Notes under the pieces: generated by a model
Database searches by the model: none
Told to the model about the DNA's origin: nothing
Seen by the model: only the letters and a program-made list of their open reading frames with translations
In this document: positions 53,979-61,877 of the stretch, one piece after another
Position numbering within the stretch: position 1 is the stretch's first letter
Layout of the letters: each line of letters begins with the position of its first letter
From: Anaerolineae bacterium
GTDB taxonomy: Bacteria > Chloroflexota > Anaerolineae > Aggregatilineales > Phototrophicaceae
DNA: 64,000 nucleotides
Direction: 5' to 3'
NCBI GenBank assembly: GCA_034437555.1
Contig: DAOTTQ010000060.1
Coordinates: 21,073-85,072 of the forward strand
Program-made: the position numbers and the translations under genes

Positions 53979-54931
53979 ACAAGTGGGTGATCGTAATTTT
54001 AACCCTCTTTATCTTGGGTGGCGTTGCCCAAACACAAGAGCGTTACAGCGGTATTTTAACGGTTCGCTATGGTTTGGTGCAGTTTGTCCGAGAGAACACA
54101 GTGCAAGCGTTTCCCTTAACACAACAAGCGGTCATGCCTTTTGGTGAAGGTGATACTTTAACAACGGGTGATGAGGGACGTGCGCTAATTGCGCTTCCGA
54201 TGGGGGAGTGGATGTTGCTTCCCAATTCATCGCTGACACTAACGCGCTTAGAGCGCATTGAAGAGGTTTGGTATATTGACGCAACAATAGACGGTGTTCT
54301 TGTACAAGTGGCACGTTCAGAAACCAACGCAGAAGTAAACATTCAGGCGGGGAATTTAGTCATTCGCGGGCGAGGCTTACAGATGGCTGTATGGCATTAC
54401 CCACAAACACTAGCCTCTGTCGCGCTGGCAGAAGGCGCATTGCTGGTACTAAACACATTGACAGAAGAAACCTTTGCCATGAGTACAGGGGACGCGCTGT
54501 GGTCAGATGTACGCAGCACACAGCTTATTCAAGCGCTAGGGTTTCCCTTAAATGCGTCACGGTTTGAAGCACATCTTTTTGGTTGTGAAGGTGTGGTTGA
54601 TACAATTGGCGACATTGGCGTTTTGGTAAGGCGTGGCATTGGACAACGCCACGAACGGCTAGGGCTTATTCCAGATGGGGCAAAAGTAAGTGTGCTGGCT
54701 ATTAATGACGCTGGCTATTGGCTACGCATCCAGTATTTAAGCGGTTTTAGCTGGATTATTGAAGAAGCCGTCAACCATGATTGCAACAACCTAACACGCT
54801 TACCCGATAATTCGCTCCTAGAACGCATCATGCGTATCGTAAATCCTAGTGACCGCGAGATTGAGTTTCTAAAGCCGTACTACCAAACACCCTTAGAGGA
54901 CACCTTTTTTTACCAGTACCGTGGAAACTAG
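53975..54931 (+). CDS. Second FecR-domain protein with a C-terminal SH3b-like domain
   Basis: The ATG overlaps the kinase stop (ATGA). Signal MNKWVIVILTLFILGGVAQ. FecR-like region GLVQFVRENTVQAFPL...FGEGDTLTTGDEGRALIALPMGEWMLLPNSSLTL. SH3b-like region GYWLRIQYLSGFSWIIEE. Confidence 0.65.
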   Translation: MNKWVIVILTLFILGGVAQTQERYSGILTVRYGLVQFVRENTVQAFPLTQQAVMPFGEGDTLTTGDEGRALIALPMGEWMLLPNSSLTLTRLERIEEVWYIDATIDGVLVQVARSETNAEVNIQAGNLVIRGRGLQMAVWHYPQTLASVALAEGALLVLNTLTEETFAMSTGDALWSDVRSTQLIQALGFPLNASRFEAHLFGCEGVVDTIGDIGVLVRRGIGQRHERLGLIPDGAKVSVLAINDAGYWLRIQYLSGFSWIIEEAVNHDCNNLTRLPDNSLLERIMRIVNPSDREIEFLKPYYQTPLEDTFFYQYRGN

Positions 54932-56160
54932 GCATGGCGTTTGTAATACTCTAAGATGCTAAAGCAAATGACAATCCCTAGTACGCCATACAATGCGAGC
55001 GCGGCGGGTGTGCCAATGAACTGTGCAACAATGCCCAGAAGCAACGCCCCAAACGGGGTAAACCCAGTGAATGACAGCGTATAGAGCGATAAAATTCGCC
55101 CCCTAAATTCATTTGGGACAACTGTTTGAATTTGTGTATTAATGCTTACAAATTGTAGAATCATGAACAATCCAGAGAAAAAGCACGCTATCATTGCCGG
55201 TATTGTGGCGATTTGGACAGCTAATAAAATTGTAGATAAGCCCGACCCCACAATTGCCCAATTCATCGTTACCGTGTAACCAAAGCGTGTGGTAACCATA
55301 CCAAGCAATAGACCCGCAATGACAGAACCAAACCCCTGTGACGCACTCAAGAGGGCATAGCCTTCTCGCGGTGAATTTAGCACAAGGTCTGCAAAAGCAG
55401 GCAATAATTGCAACAAAGGCACAACAAAAACACCGCCCGCTAAAGAAGTCATCAAAAGGGGTGCAATGAGCTTGCTATGGCGTGCATACGATAAACCCTC
55501 ACGAAGCTGTTTTAAGGGGTTTTCTGTGCGTGATGTGGTAATGGGGTAGGGAACAGTAATGAGGTACAATGCTACCAATGACCCCATAAAACTAAGCGCG
55601 TTTAAGAAGAAACACCATGCAGCCCCAACGGTTAAGAGTGCAATCCCCGCTATTGAGGGGCCCAATACCCTAGAACTACTGTTGACGATGGCTGTAAGTG
55701 CAATGCCACTTTTAAGATGATGACTGCCCACCACTTCTAAAACAAAGGTTTGGCGCGCTGGAAAGTCTATGGCATTGGTAGACCCCAGTAAAAATGCCAT
55801 CATAACAATGTGCCATACCTGAATCGTTTCGGTATATGCCAGCGCAAATAGCACCAGTGCCAGGCACATCTGAATAAACTGCGTTATCATCATCAGGCGT
55901 TTACGAGGAATACGGTCTACAATCACCCCAGAAATGGGCGAAAGCAAGATAACCGATAATCCTGATGCACATGCAACAATACCCAGCCACGCTTCAGATT
56001 TTGTAAGCTGAAAAACAAGATAGCCTTGTGCTAGATTTTGCATCCACGTGCCAGAAACAGAAACTAATTGTCCAAGGAAATAAAGCCGAAAACTGGGGCT
56101 TTCAAACGCCGAAAAAGTACCAATACGCTCGCTAGTGGTCGATGACATTCTAAGACTCAT
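54928..56160 (-). CDS. MFS transporter
   Basis: Twelve predicted TM helices and the MFS loop motif GVIVDRIPRKR. The start is uncertain (ATG 56160 preferred; the ORF is open to TTG 56220). Confidence 0.8.
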   Translation of the reverse strand: MSLRMSSTTSERIGTFSAFESPSFRLYFLGQLVSVSGTWMQNLAQGYLVFQLTKSEAWLGIVACASGLSVILLSPISGVIVDRIPRKRLMMITQFIQMCLALVLFALAYTETIQVWHIVMMAFLLGSTNAIDFPARQTFVLEVVGSHHLKSGIALTAIVNSSSRVLGPSIAGIALLTVGAAWCFFLNALSFMGSLVALYLITVPYPITTSRTENPLKQLREGLSYARHSKLIAPLLMTSLAGGVFVVPLLQLLPAFADLVLNSPREGYALLSASQGFGSVIAGLLLGMVTTRFGYTVTMNWAIVGSGLSTILLAVQIATIPAMIACFFSGLFMILQFVSINTQIQTVVPNEFRGRILSLYTLSFTGFTPFGALLLGIVAQFIGTPAALALYGVLGIVICFSILEYYKRHA

Positions 56161-56288
56161 TGTTTTAGGGGCGGTTATGTGTGAATAGTGTAGCATGCCG
56201 TATAAGACCAACGGTGACAAATTGGTTATAATGAAAGAGATGTATCATTCTTATAGTCAATAGACTAACCACGGATAAAGAGAACCCC

Positions 56289-56705
56289 ATGATTACAAAA
56301 AAACAAATTAGCTTAAAAGAAGCCCAACAACTCATTTATAGTGTGCAATCACAACTTGAAATTGAACAAAAGGGAGCTGCCATTGCCATTGTTGACGAAC
56401 ACGGCGAATTGATTGCTTTTGCCCGTACAGATACTTGTCCACTGCCTTCTGTTACCATTGCTATCAATAAAGCCTACACTGCCTCTCGTGAACGTAAGTC
56501 CAGCAGAGAACTCGGTGACGCTTCACGAACCTATGGCTTTCCGTTAACCAACTTTGGCGAATTACGCTATGTCGGCTGGGGCGGTGGGTTTCCTATTTGG
56601 CATGATGGCACAATCATCGGTGCTATTGGCGTAAGTGGCTTGCCAGAAGAAGAAGACATGGCACTTGCGACCCAAGCCATTAACGAACTAAAATTTGAGC
56701 AATAA
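56289..56705 (+). CDS. GlcG/HbpS-like (DUF336) haem-binding protein
   Basis: AAIAIVDEHGELIAFARTD, AINKAYTA and GGGFPIWHDGTIIGAIGVSG. Confidence 0.75.
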   Translation: MITKKQISLKEAQQLIYSVQSQLEIEQKGAAIAIVDEHGELIAFARTDTCPLPSVTIAINKAYTASRERKSSRELGDASRTYGFPLTNFGELRYVGWGGGFPIWHDGTIIGAIGVSGLPEEEDMALATQAINELKFEQ

Positions 56706-56722
56706 GCTAACACAGTGTTAGC
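56706..56722. promoter_or_regulatory. Perfect 8-1-8 palindrome GCTAACAC-A-GTGTTAGC between glcG and the RR operon
   Basis: Read directly. It starts 1 nt after the glcG stop and lies 52 nt upstream of the RR start. No U-tract follows. Confidence 0.3.
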
Positions 56723-56773
56723 CTATAGAAATGTCAATTTTCACAGATAACGGCTTTTAAGGACAAGTGACGC

Positions 56774-57493
56774 ATGAAACTCAGTATTTTGATTGTGGAT
56801 GATGAAAAAACCATCCGCGAAGTGATTAAGCGTTACCTTGATATTGAAGGCTTTAATGTGCTCGAAGCAGAAAGTGGACTTCAGGCAATTAATTTACTGC
56901 TACACCAAAAAGTTGACCTTGTGGTGTTAGACATTATGCTTCCTGAACTAGACGGGTATGGAGTTGCGCGACGACTGCGCGACCCCAACGAAAACGCCGA
57001 CATGACGTTAAACAGCGATGTTCCCATTATCTTTTTAACGGCACGCAAAGAAGAACATGACCGCTTGCATGGCTTTGAACTTGGGGGCGATGATTACTTA
57101 GTAAAACCGTTTAGTACCCGCGAGCTGGTTGCCAGAGTAAAAGCGGTCATTAGGCGCAGTAACCCCAACATTGACGAAACCGAAGCACCCATTACCCTTA
57201 ACACGCTCTCATTAGACCCCAGAAGTCGAACTGTTGTACAAAATGGCAAAAACGTTAGCTTAACCGCAAAAGAATTTGATTTACTGTGGTTTTTGGCACG
57301 TCATCCGCGCCAAGTATTTAGCCGAACTCAACTGCTAGATAATGTGTGGGGCTATGATTTCTTTGGTGATGATAGTACGGTAACCGTTCATGTAAGGCGA
57401 TTGCGTGAGAAAATAGAACCCGACGCAACCAAACCCACCTATATACAAACTGTTTGGGGAATTGGCTATAAGCTAGATACGCCAGAAACCTAA
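56774..57493 (+). CDS. OmpR-family response regulator
   Basis: REC motifs ILIVDDE, DLVVLDIMLPELDG and YLVKPF. Winged helix: LTAKEFDLLWFLARHPRQVFSRTQLL...VHVRRLREKIE...TVWGIGYKL. Confidence 0.9.
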   Translation: MKLSILIVDDEKTIREVIKRYLDIEGFNVLEAESGLQAINLLLHQKVDLVVLDIMLPELDGYGVARRLRDPNENADMTLNSDVPIIFLTARKEEHDRLHGFELGGDDYLVKPFSTRELVARVKAVIRRSNPNIDETEAPITLNTLSLDPRSRTVVQNGKNVSLTAKEFDLLWFLARHPRQVFSRTQLLDNVWGYDFFGDDSTVTVHVRRLREKIEPDATKPTYIQTVWGIGYKLDTPET

Positions 57494-57513
57494 CGCCAAA
57501 AAGGATGTTCACT

Positions 57514-58386
57514 ATGAAGCGAGTGCTATTTGCGGTTGGGATGTTATTAAGCGGTTGGCGATGGTTGCTTACACGCCACAAACGCAATACCCCACCCCAA
57601 CCTAAAAGCCTCATCACAGAACCGGATGACCAAAACCGCTTTTTGCCCTTTGAGAGCATTGCAAATTTACGTGATATTGGTGGCTATAAAACGGTTGAGG
57701 GCAAAACAGTAAAGTGGAAGCAGGTTTACCGTGGTGCATCACTGGCGTATGTAAATGAAGATGAGCAAGAGCAATTAAATGTCCTTAATTTACAAGTGGT
57801 TTGTGATTTGCGCCGTCACGATGAAATTTCACACGCTCCCGACAATGTGCCAGAGGGAGCGCGTTATCTCAATATCCCGTCTATGGACAGCATTAACAAA
57901 ATAGGGCAAATTAGAAATTTGCTCTTTAAGCCTCGATATATTGAGCAAATGATGGGTGAGATTTATATTGAAGCTATCCTAGAAAACAATCCGGAAATGT
58001 TTGGTATTGTGTATCGCCAAATTATTGAAGGCAATTTACCTCTGCTGATACACTGTACCGCAGGCAAGGATAGAACAGGTTTAGCGATTGCCTTACTTTT
58101 GCGTGTGTTAGGTGTAAATGAAGAAACGGTACTAAACGATTATTCGCTGTCCAACCATTACTACGACTACTTTAAGCGAATATCAGGACGATTGGTAAAG
58201 CGACTTCAACAGGTGGGGTTTTCAGAAGATGATGTGTCTCCCCTACTGATGGCAGATAAGCGCAATCTAAAAATGGCGATAGAACACATTGAACACAAGT
58301 ATGGCTCAATAGAAGCGTATTTATCGCAACGGGCAAACATTAGCACCCAAGATATTGAACTACTCAAAGCTCGTTTACTAGAATAA
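57514..58386 (+). CDS. Membrane-anchored protein tyrosine/serine phosphatase (Y_phosphatase3-like, CX5R)
   Basis: NLRDIGGYKTVEGKTVKWKQVYRGASL, and the active site HCTAGKDRTG (Cys codon 58054-58056). N-terminal helix VLFAVGMLLSGWRWLL. The start is ATG 57514 (9 nt after AAGG) or 57505. Confidence 0.8.
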   Translation: MKRVLFAVGMLLSGWRWLLTRHKRNTPPQPKSLITEPDDQNRFLPFESIANLRDIGGYKTVEGKTVKWKQVYRGASLAYVNEDEQEQLNVLNLQVVCDLRRHDEISHAPDNVPEGARYLNIPSMDSINKIGQIRNLLFKPRYIEQMMGEIYIEAILENNPEMFGIVYRQIIEGNLPLLIHCTAGKDRTGLAIALLLRVLGVNEETVLNDYSLSNHYYDYFKRISGRLVKRLQQVGFSEDDVSPLLMADKRNLKMAIEHIEHKYGSIEAYLSQRANISTQDIELLKARLLE

Positions 58387-58395
58387 GCGAGACAC

Positions 58396-59637
58396 ATGGT
58401 GAAACTTTCTACCCCCCCTACTGGCTTAATGATATTTATCATCATCTTGAGTATTTCACTAGGAAGTACACTGCTCTTTAGCCAAGTTGCGCTCCTATGG
58501 CAAGGAACAGTGATTGAACAACTAGCAATAAGCATGTCCGGAACAGGCATCCTCACTACTGTCATCTCTTATGTGCTGTATAGAACGCATACCTTAAGCA
58601 GGCTAGGAAGCATTCAATGGGCATTTGGAACAATGATTGCTTTTACAGTCGGTTTAGTTATGGTCAACCTGTGGATCATCTCACAACGGATGTTCTTTAG
58701 CACAGTTTACTTGTCTATGATGTTAAGTGTTCTTGTGTTTGCCACACTAACAGCACTTACGTTTGGCTACTTTATTGCAAAAGCAATGACCGACCGCCTA
58801 AAAGAGCTATCTACTGGGGCTAATGAACTGTCCAAAGGAAACCTACAGCATCAACTTGCAGTGAATGGCAATGACGAGATTGCAAAACTTACAGAACACT
58901 TTAACCACATGGCAAAAGAGTTGGCGACTGTTGATGAGGAAAAACAAAAGTTAGAACAAGCTCGACGTGACCTTATTGCATGGGTAAGCCATGATTTACG
59001 CACACCCCTAACAACTATGCGTGTGATGCTAGAAGCACTAACAGACGGCATCATCAGCGACGAAAAAACACAAAAACGCTATCTCAACACCAGTTTGGGC
59101 GAGATAGAACATCTTAGCCACCTCATTGATGATTTATTTGAGCTAGTACAGCTAGATGTAAAAGGGATTTCGCTTGATATTACCCCAACGTCCCTAAGAG
59201 ACCTCATCTCAGACACGGTGAGTGCCTTCCACGCAAAAGCAGAGAATAAAGCTCAACGCATTAGCGCAAATTTACGTCATACACAGGAAACCATACGCCT
59301 TGCCCCCGATAAAATTCAGCGTGTCCTGTCTAACTTGCTAGACAATGCCATTAAATACAGCCCACCTGAAGCTGAAATAAATATCAGCACAACATCAGAA
59401 AATGGCTATGTAAGCGTGTGTATTCGCAATTACGGTGTAAGCCTAAGCAAAGAAAGCACACACAAAGTATTTGATAGCTTCTATAGAGGCGAAACATCAC
59501 GGATGACCCAAAACGGAGAAAGAGGTGTTGGGCTAGGATTAGCTATTGCTAAGGGCTTTGTAGAGGCACACCAAGGCGTGATTTGGGCAGAAAGTGATAA
59601 TCAATCTACATCATTTGTGTTCACCCTCCCCTGCTAG
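58396..59637 (+). CDS. Membrane sensor histidine kinase (multi-TM, HAMP, HisKA, HATPase_c)
   Basis: H-box WVSHDLRTPLT. ATPase boxes LLDNAIKYS, RNYGVSL and GVGLGLAI. Confidence 0.9.
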   Translation: MVKLSTPPTGLMIFIIILSISLGSTLLFSQVALLWQGTVIEQLAISMSGTGILTTVISYVLYRTHTLSRLGSIQWAFGTMIAFTVGLVMVNLWIISQRMFFSTVYLSMMLSVLVFATLTALTFGYFIAKAMTDRLKELSTGANELSKGNLQHQLAVNGNDEIAKLTEHFNHMAKELATVDEEKQKLEQARRDLIAWVSHDLRTPLTTMRVMLEALTDGIISDEKTQKRYLNTSLGEIEHLSHLIDDLFELVQLDVKGISLDITPTSLRDLISDTVSAFHAKAENKAQRISANLRHTQETIRLAPDKIQRVLSNLLDNAIKYSPPEAEINISTTSENGYVSVCIRNYGVSLSKESTHKVFDSFYRGETSRMTQNGERGVGLGLAIAKGFVEAHQGVIWAESDNQSTSFVFTLPC

Positions 59638-59751
59638 TTACAATCCCTTTCTTGTGAATATACAAAGAAGAATTGTTTTTGGATACACTAGATACTTTGA
59701 CCAAGGGGGGACTTCATTCAGTGTATCCATTCCCAATTATCCGTATCTATG

Positions 59752-59777
59752 AAAGCCGTGTTTTGGCTTTTTTGTTT
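59752..59777 (+). terminator. Intrinsic terminator after the RR-phosphatase-HK operon
   Basis: Stem AAAGCC/GGCTTT, 7-nt loop, followed by TTTGTTTG. Confidence 0.6.
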
Positions 59778-59833
59778 GTCGATGTAGGCGTATGATAGAG
59801 GCTTGGTTTAATGCTCTAATACTAGAGGTTAAT

Positions 59834-61369
59834 ATGTCTAAGAAACCTGTTATGCTCATCATCTTGGATGGTTTGGGCATCCGCGAGATGGAAGAAGGCA
59901 ATGCCGTAAAATTGGCTAATATGCCCCATTACAACCAATGGATGAAAACACTAGAACGCTCTATTTTAGATGCTAGTGAAGAAGCTGTTGGTTTGATTGC
60001 AGGTCAAATGGGAAATTCAGAGGTGGGTCATCTTAATTTAGGTGCCGGTCGTGTGGTATATCAAGATATTTCGCGTATAGATGTTGCTGTCCGTGACCGT
60101 GAGCTATATACACACCCACAGCTTTTAGAGGCTTTTGCCTATGCTGAACAACATAGTTCTAAAGTCCACGTTATCGGCTTGCTAAGTGATGGCGGTGTAC
60201 ATAGTCATGAACGCCATTTGTATGCCCTTTTAGACGTGCTTAAAGGGGTTAAGATACGCCCAATTTTGCATGTGATTACAGATGGTCGTGACACGCCTAC
60301 AACAAGCGGTATGGGCTTTGTAGAGCGTTTAGAGGGGCATATATCACAAGACCAAAGTGCCATTATTGCTAGTGTTTCTGGTCGTTATTATGCGATGGAC
60401 AGAGACAATCGCTGGGAGCGTGTTTCACAAGCCTATGATGCGATGGTATGGCATCAATCACCTACTGTTGCCGAAACTGCTACCGAAGCCGTACGCCAAT
60501 CCTATGCCGAAAATGTAATGGACGAGTTCATCCACCCTACAATAATTAAACAACAAGAAGATGTGCGTATTTCGCCCCATGACGTAGTGATTTTCTTCAA
60601 CTATCGTTCAGACAGAATGCGTGAGTTAGTAAAAACGCTGATTTACCCAGAGATTGATGGCTTTACGGGTAATTTTGTGCCAAATATAGACATAGTTACT
60701 TTCACATCCTACGACGATACTTACCCCGTAAACGTGCTATTTCGCAAAGATTCTTTAGAGTACGTTTTGGCTCAAGTGGTTAGTGAATCGGGTCTAACAC
60801 AGTACCACAGTGCAGAAACTGAAAAATACCCTCATGTAACTTTCTTTTTTAATGGGGGACGCGAGGAAAGTTTTCAGGGTGAAGACCGTCGTATTATTCC
60901 CTCACCTAAAGTTGCAACCTATGACCTTCAGCCAGAAATGAGTGCGTATGAACTAGCAGAAGCTACTTTAGAACGCCTTCAATCTTATGATGATGGTTTT
61001 CTACTCATTAACTTTGCTAACCCTGATATGGTAGGACACACAGGTTCACTTTCTGCTGCTATTAAAGCTGTGGAGACCGTTGACACTTGTGCGGCTCGTT
61101 TGGTAGATGCAGTGTTAGCAAAAGGCGGTGTTGCCCTTGTAACTGCTGACCATGGCAATTGTGAGCGTATGGTAGAGCTTTCTACGGGTGAATCTCATAC
61201 TTACCACACAACCAACCCTGTTTCTTTTTTCGTTATTGGTGAGGGCTATTATCAGCTCTGCGCGCGTGGCAAACTCGCTGATGTTGCTCCTACCGTGTTA
61301 GACTTATTAGGGCTAGAGAAACCTAAGCAAATGACAGGTGACTCTTTGATACTATCTCATCGTCAATAA
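59834..61369 (+). CDS. gpmI: 2,3-bisphosphoglycerate-independent phosphoglycerate mutase
   Basis: MSKKPVMLIILDGLGI, NSEVGHLNLGAGR, LLSDGGVHSH, ITDGRDT and TADHGN. ATG 59834 is preferred over the track start of 59792. Confidence 0.9.
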   Translation: MSKKPVMLIILDGLGIREMEEGNAVKLANMPHYNQWMKTLERSILDASEEAVGLIAGQMGNSEVGHLNLGAGRVVYQDISRIDVAVRDRELYTHPQLLEAFAYAEQHSSKVHVIGLLSDGGVHSHERHLYALLDVLKGVKIRPILHVITDGRDTPTTSGMGFVERLEGHISQDQSAIIASVSGRYYAMDRDNRWERVSQAYDAMVWHQSPTVAETATEAVRQSYAENVMDEFIHPTIIKQQEDVRISPHDVVIFFNYRSDRMRELVKTLIYPEIDGFTGNFVPNIDIVTFTSYDDTYPVNVLFRKDSLEYVLAQVVSESGLTQYHSAETEKYPHVTFFFNGGREESFQGEDRRIIPSPKVATYDLQPEMSAYELAEATLERLQSYDDGFLLINFANPDMVGHTGSLSAAIKAVETVDTCAARLVDAVLAKGGVALVTADHGNCERMVELSTGESHTYHTTNPVSFFVIGEGYYQLCARGKLADVAPTVLDLLGLEKPKQMTGDSLILSHRQ

Positions 61370-61388
61370 TGTTTCGTAGGAGGGTACT

Positions 61389-61877
61389 GTGAAGCGCATT
61401 CAGCCTAAAGAAGGTCAAGAATCTGTATGGGATTATCCACGCCCACCGCGTGTTGAAGCTGTTAAAAGCCGCTTGCGTGTTATTTTTAATGGCATCACTT
61501 TGGCTGATACAGTCAATGGTTTTCGTGTGCTAGAAACAAGCCATCCTCCTGCGTACTACCTTCCTCAGGACGATATTCAGATGCAATATCTGGTGCGTGT
61601 GCCGCGTCAAACTTTTTGTGAGTTTAAAGGAATGGCAAATTATTGGACGCTTCGTGTGGGCAATCAAGAAGTACCTGACGTGGCGTGGATGTATGCCTCA
61701 CCCAATAAAGGCTTTCAGCAAATTGCCAATCATTTGTGCTTTTATGCTAGCCGTGTAGAGGCGTGTTTTGTTGGTGACGAGCAGGTAACACCCCAAGATG
61801 GTGACTTTTATGGCGGATGGATTACGTCTTCTGTGGTGGGTCCTTTTAAGGGAGGCGTGCGAACTTGGGGTTGGTAG
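61389..61877 (+). CDS. DUF427-domain protein
   Basis: WDYPRPPRVE, ETSHPPAYYLPQDDI and CEFKGMANYW match the DUF427 pattern. GTG start. Confidence 0.7.
   Translation: MKRIQPKEGQESVWDYPRPPRVEAVKSRLRVIFNGITLADTVNGFRVLETSHPPAYYLPQDDIQMQYLVRVPRQTFCEFKGMANYWTLRVGNQEVPDVAWMYASPNKGFQQIANHLCFYASRVEACFVGDEQVTPQDGDFYGGWITSSVVGPFKGGVRTWGW

Noticed and set aside
54928-54931. Convergent FecR-2 and MFS genes sharing a palindromic CTAG that supplies both stop codons
   Set aside because: This is a neat 4-nt overlap, but it is simply a consequence of TAG stops on both strands. No functional implication is evident.
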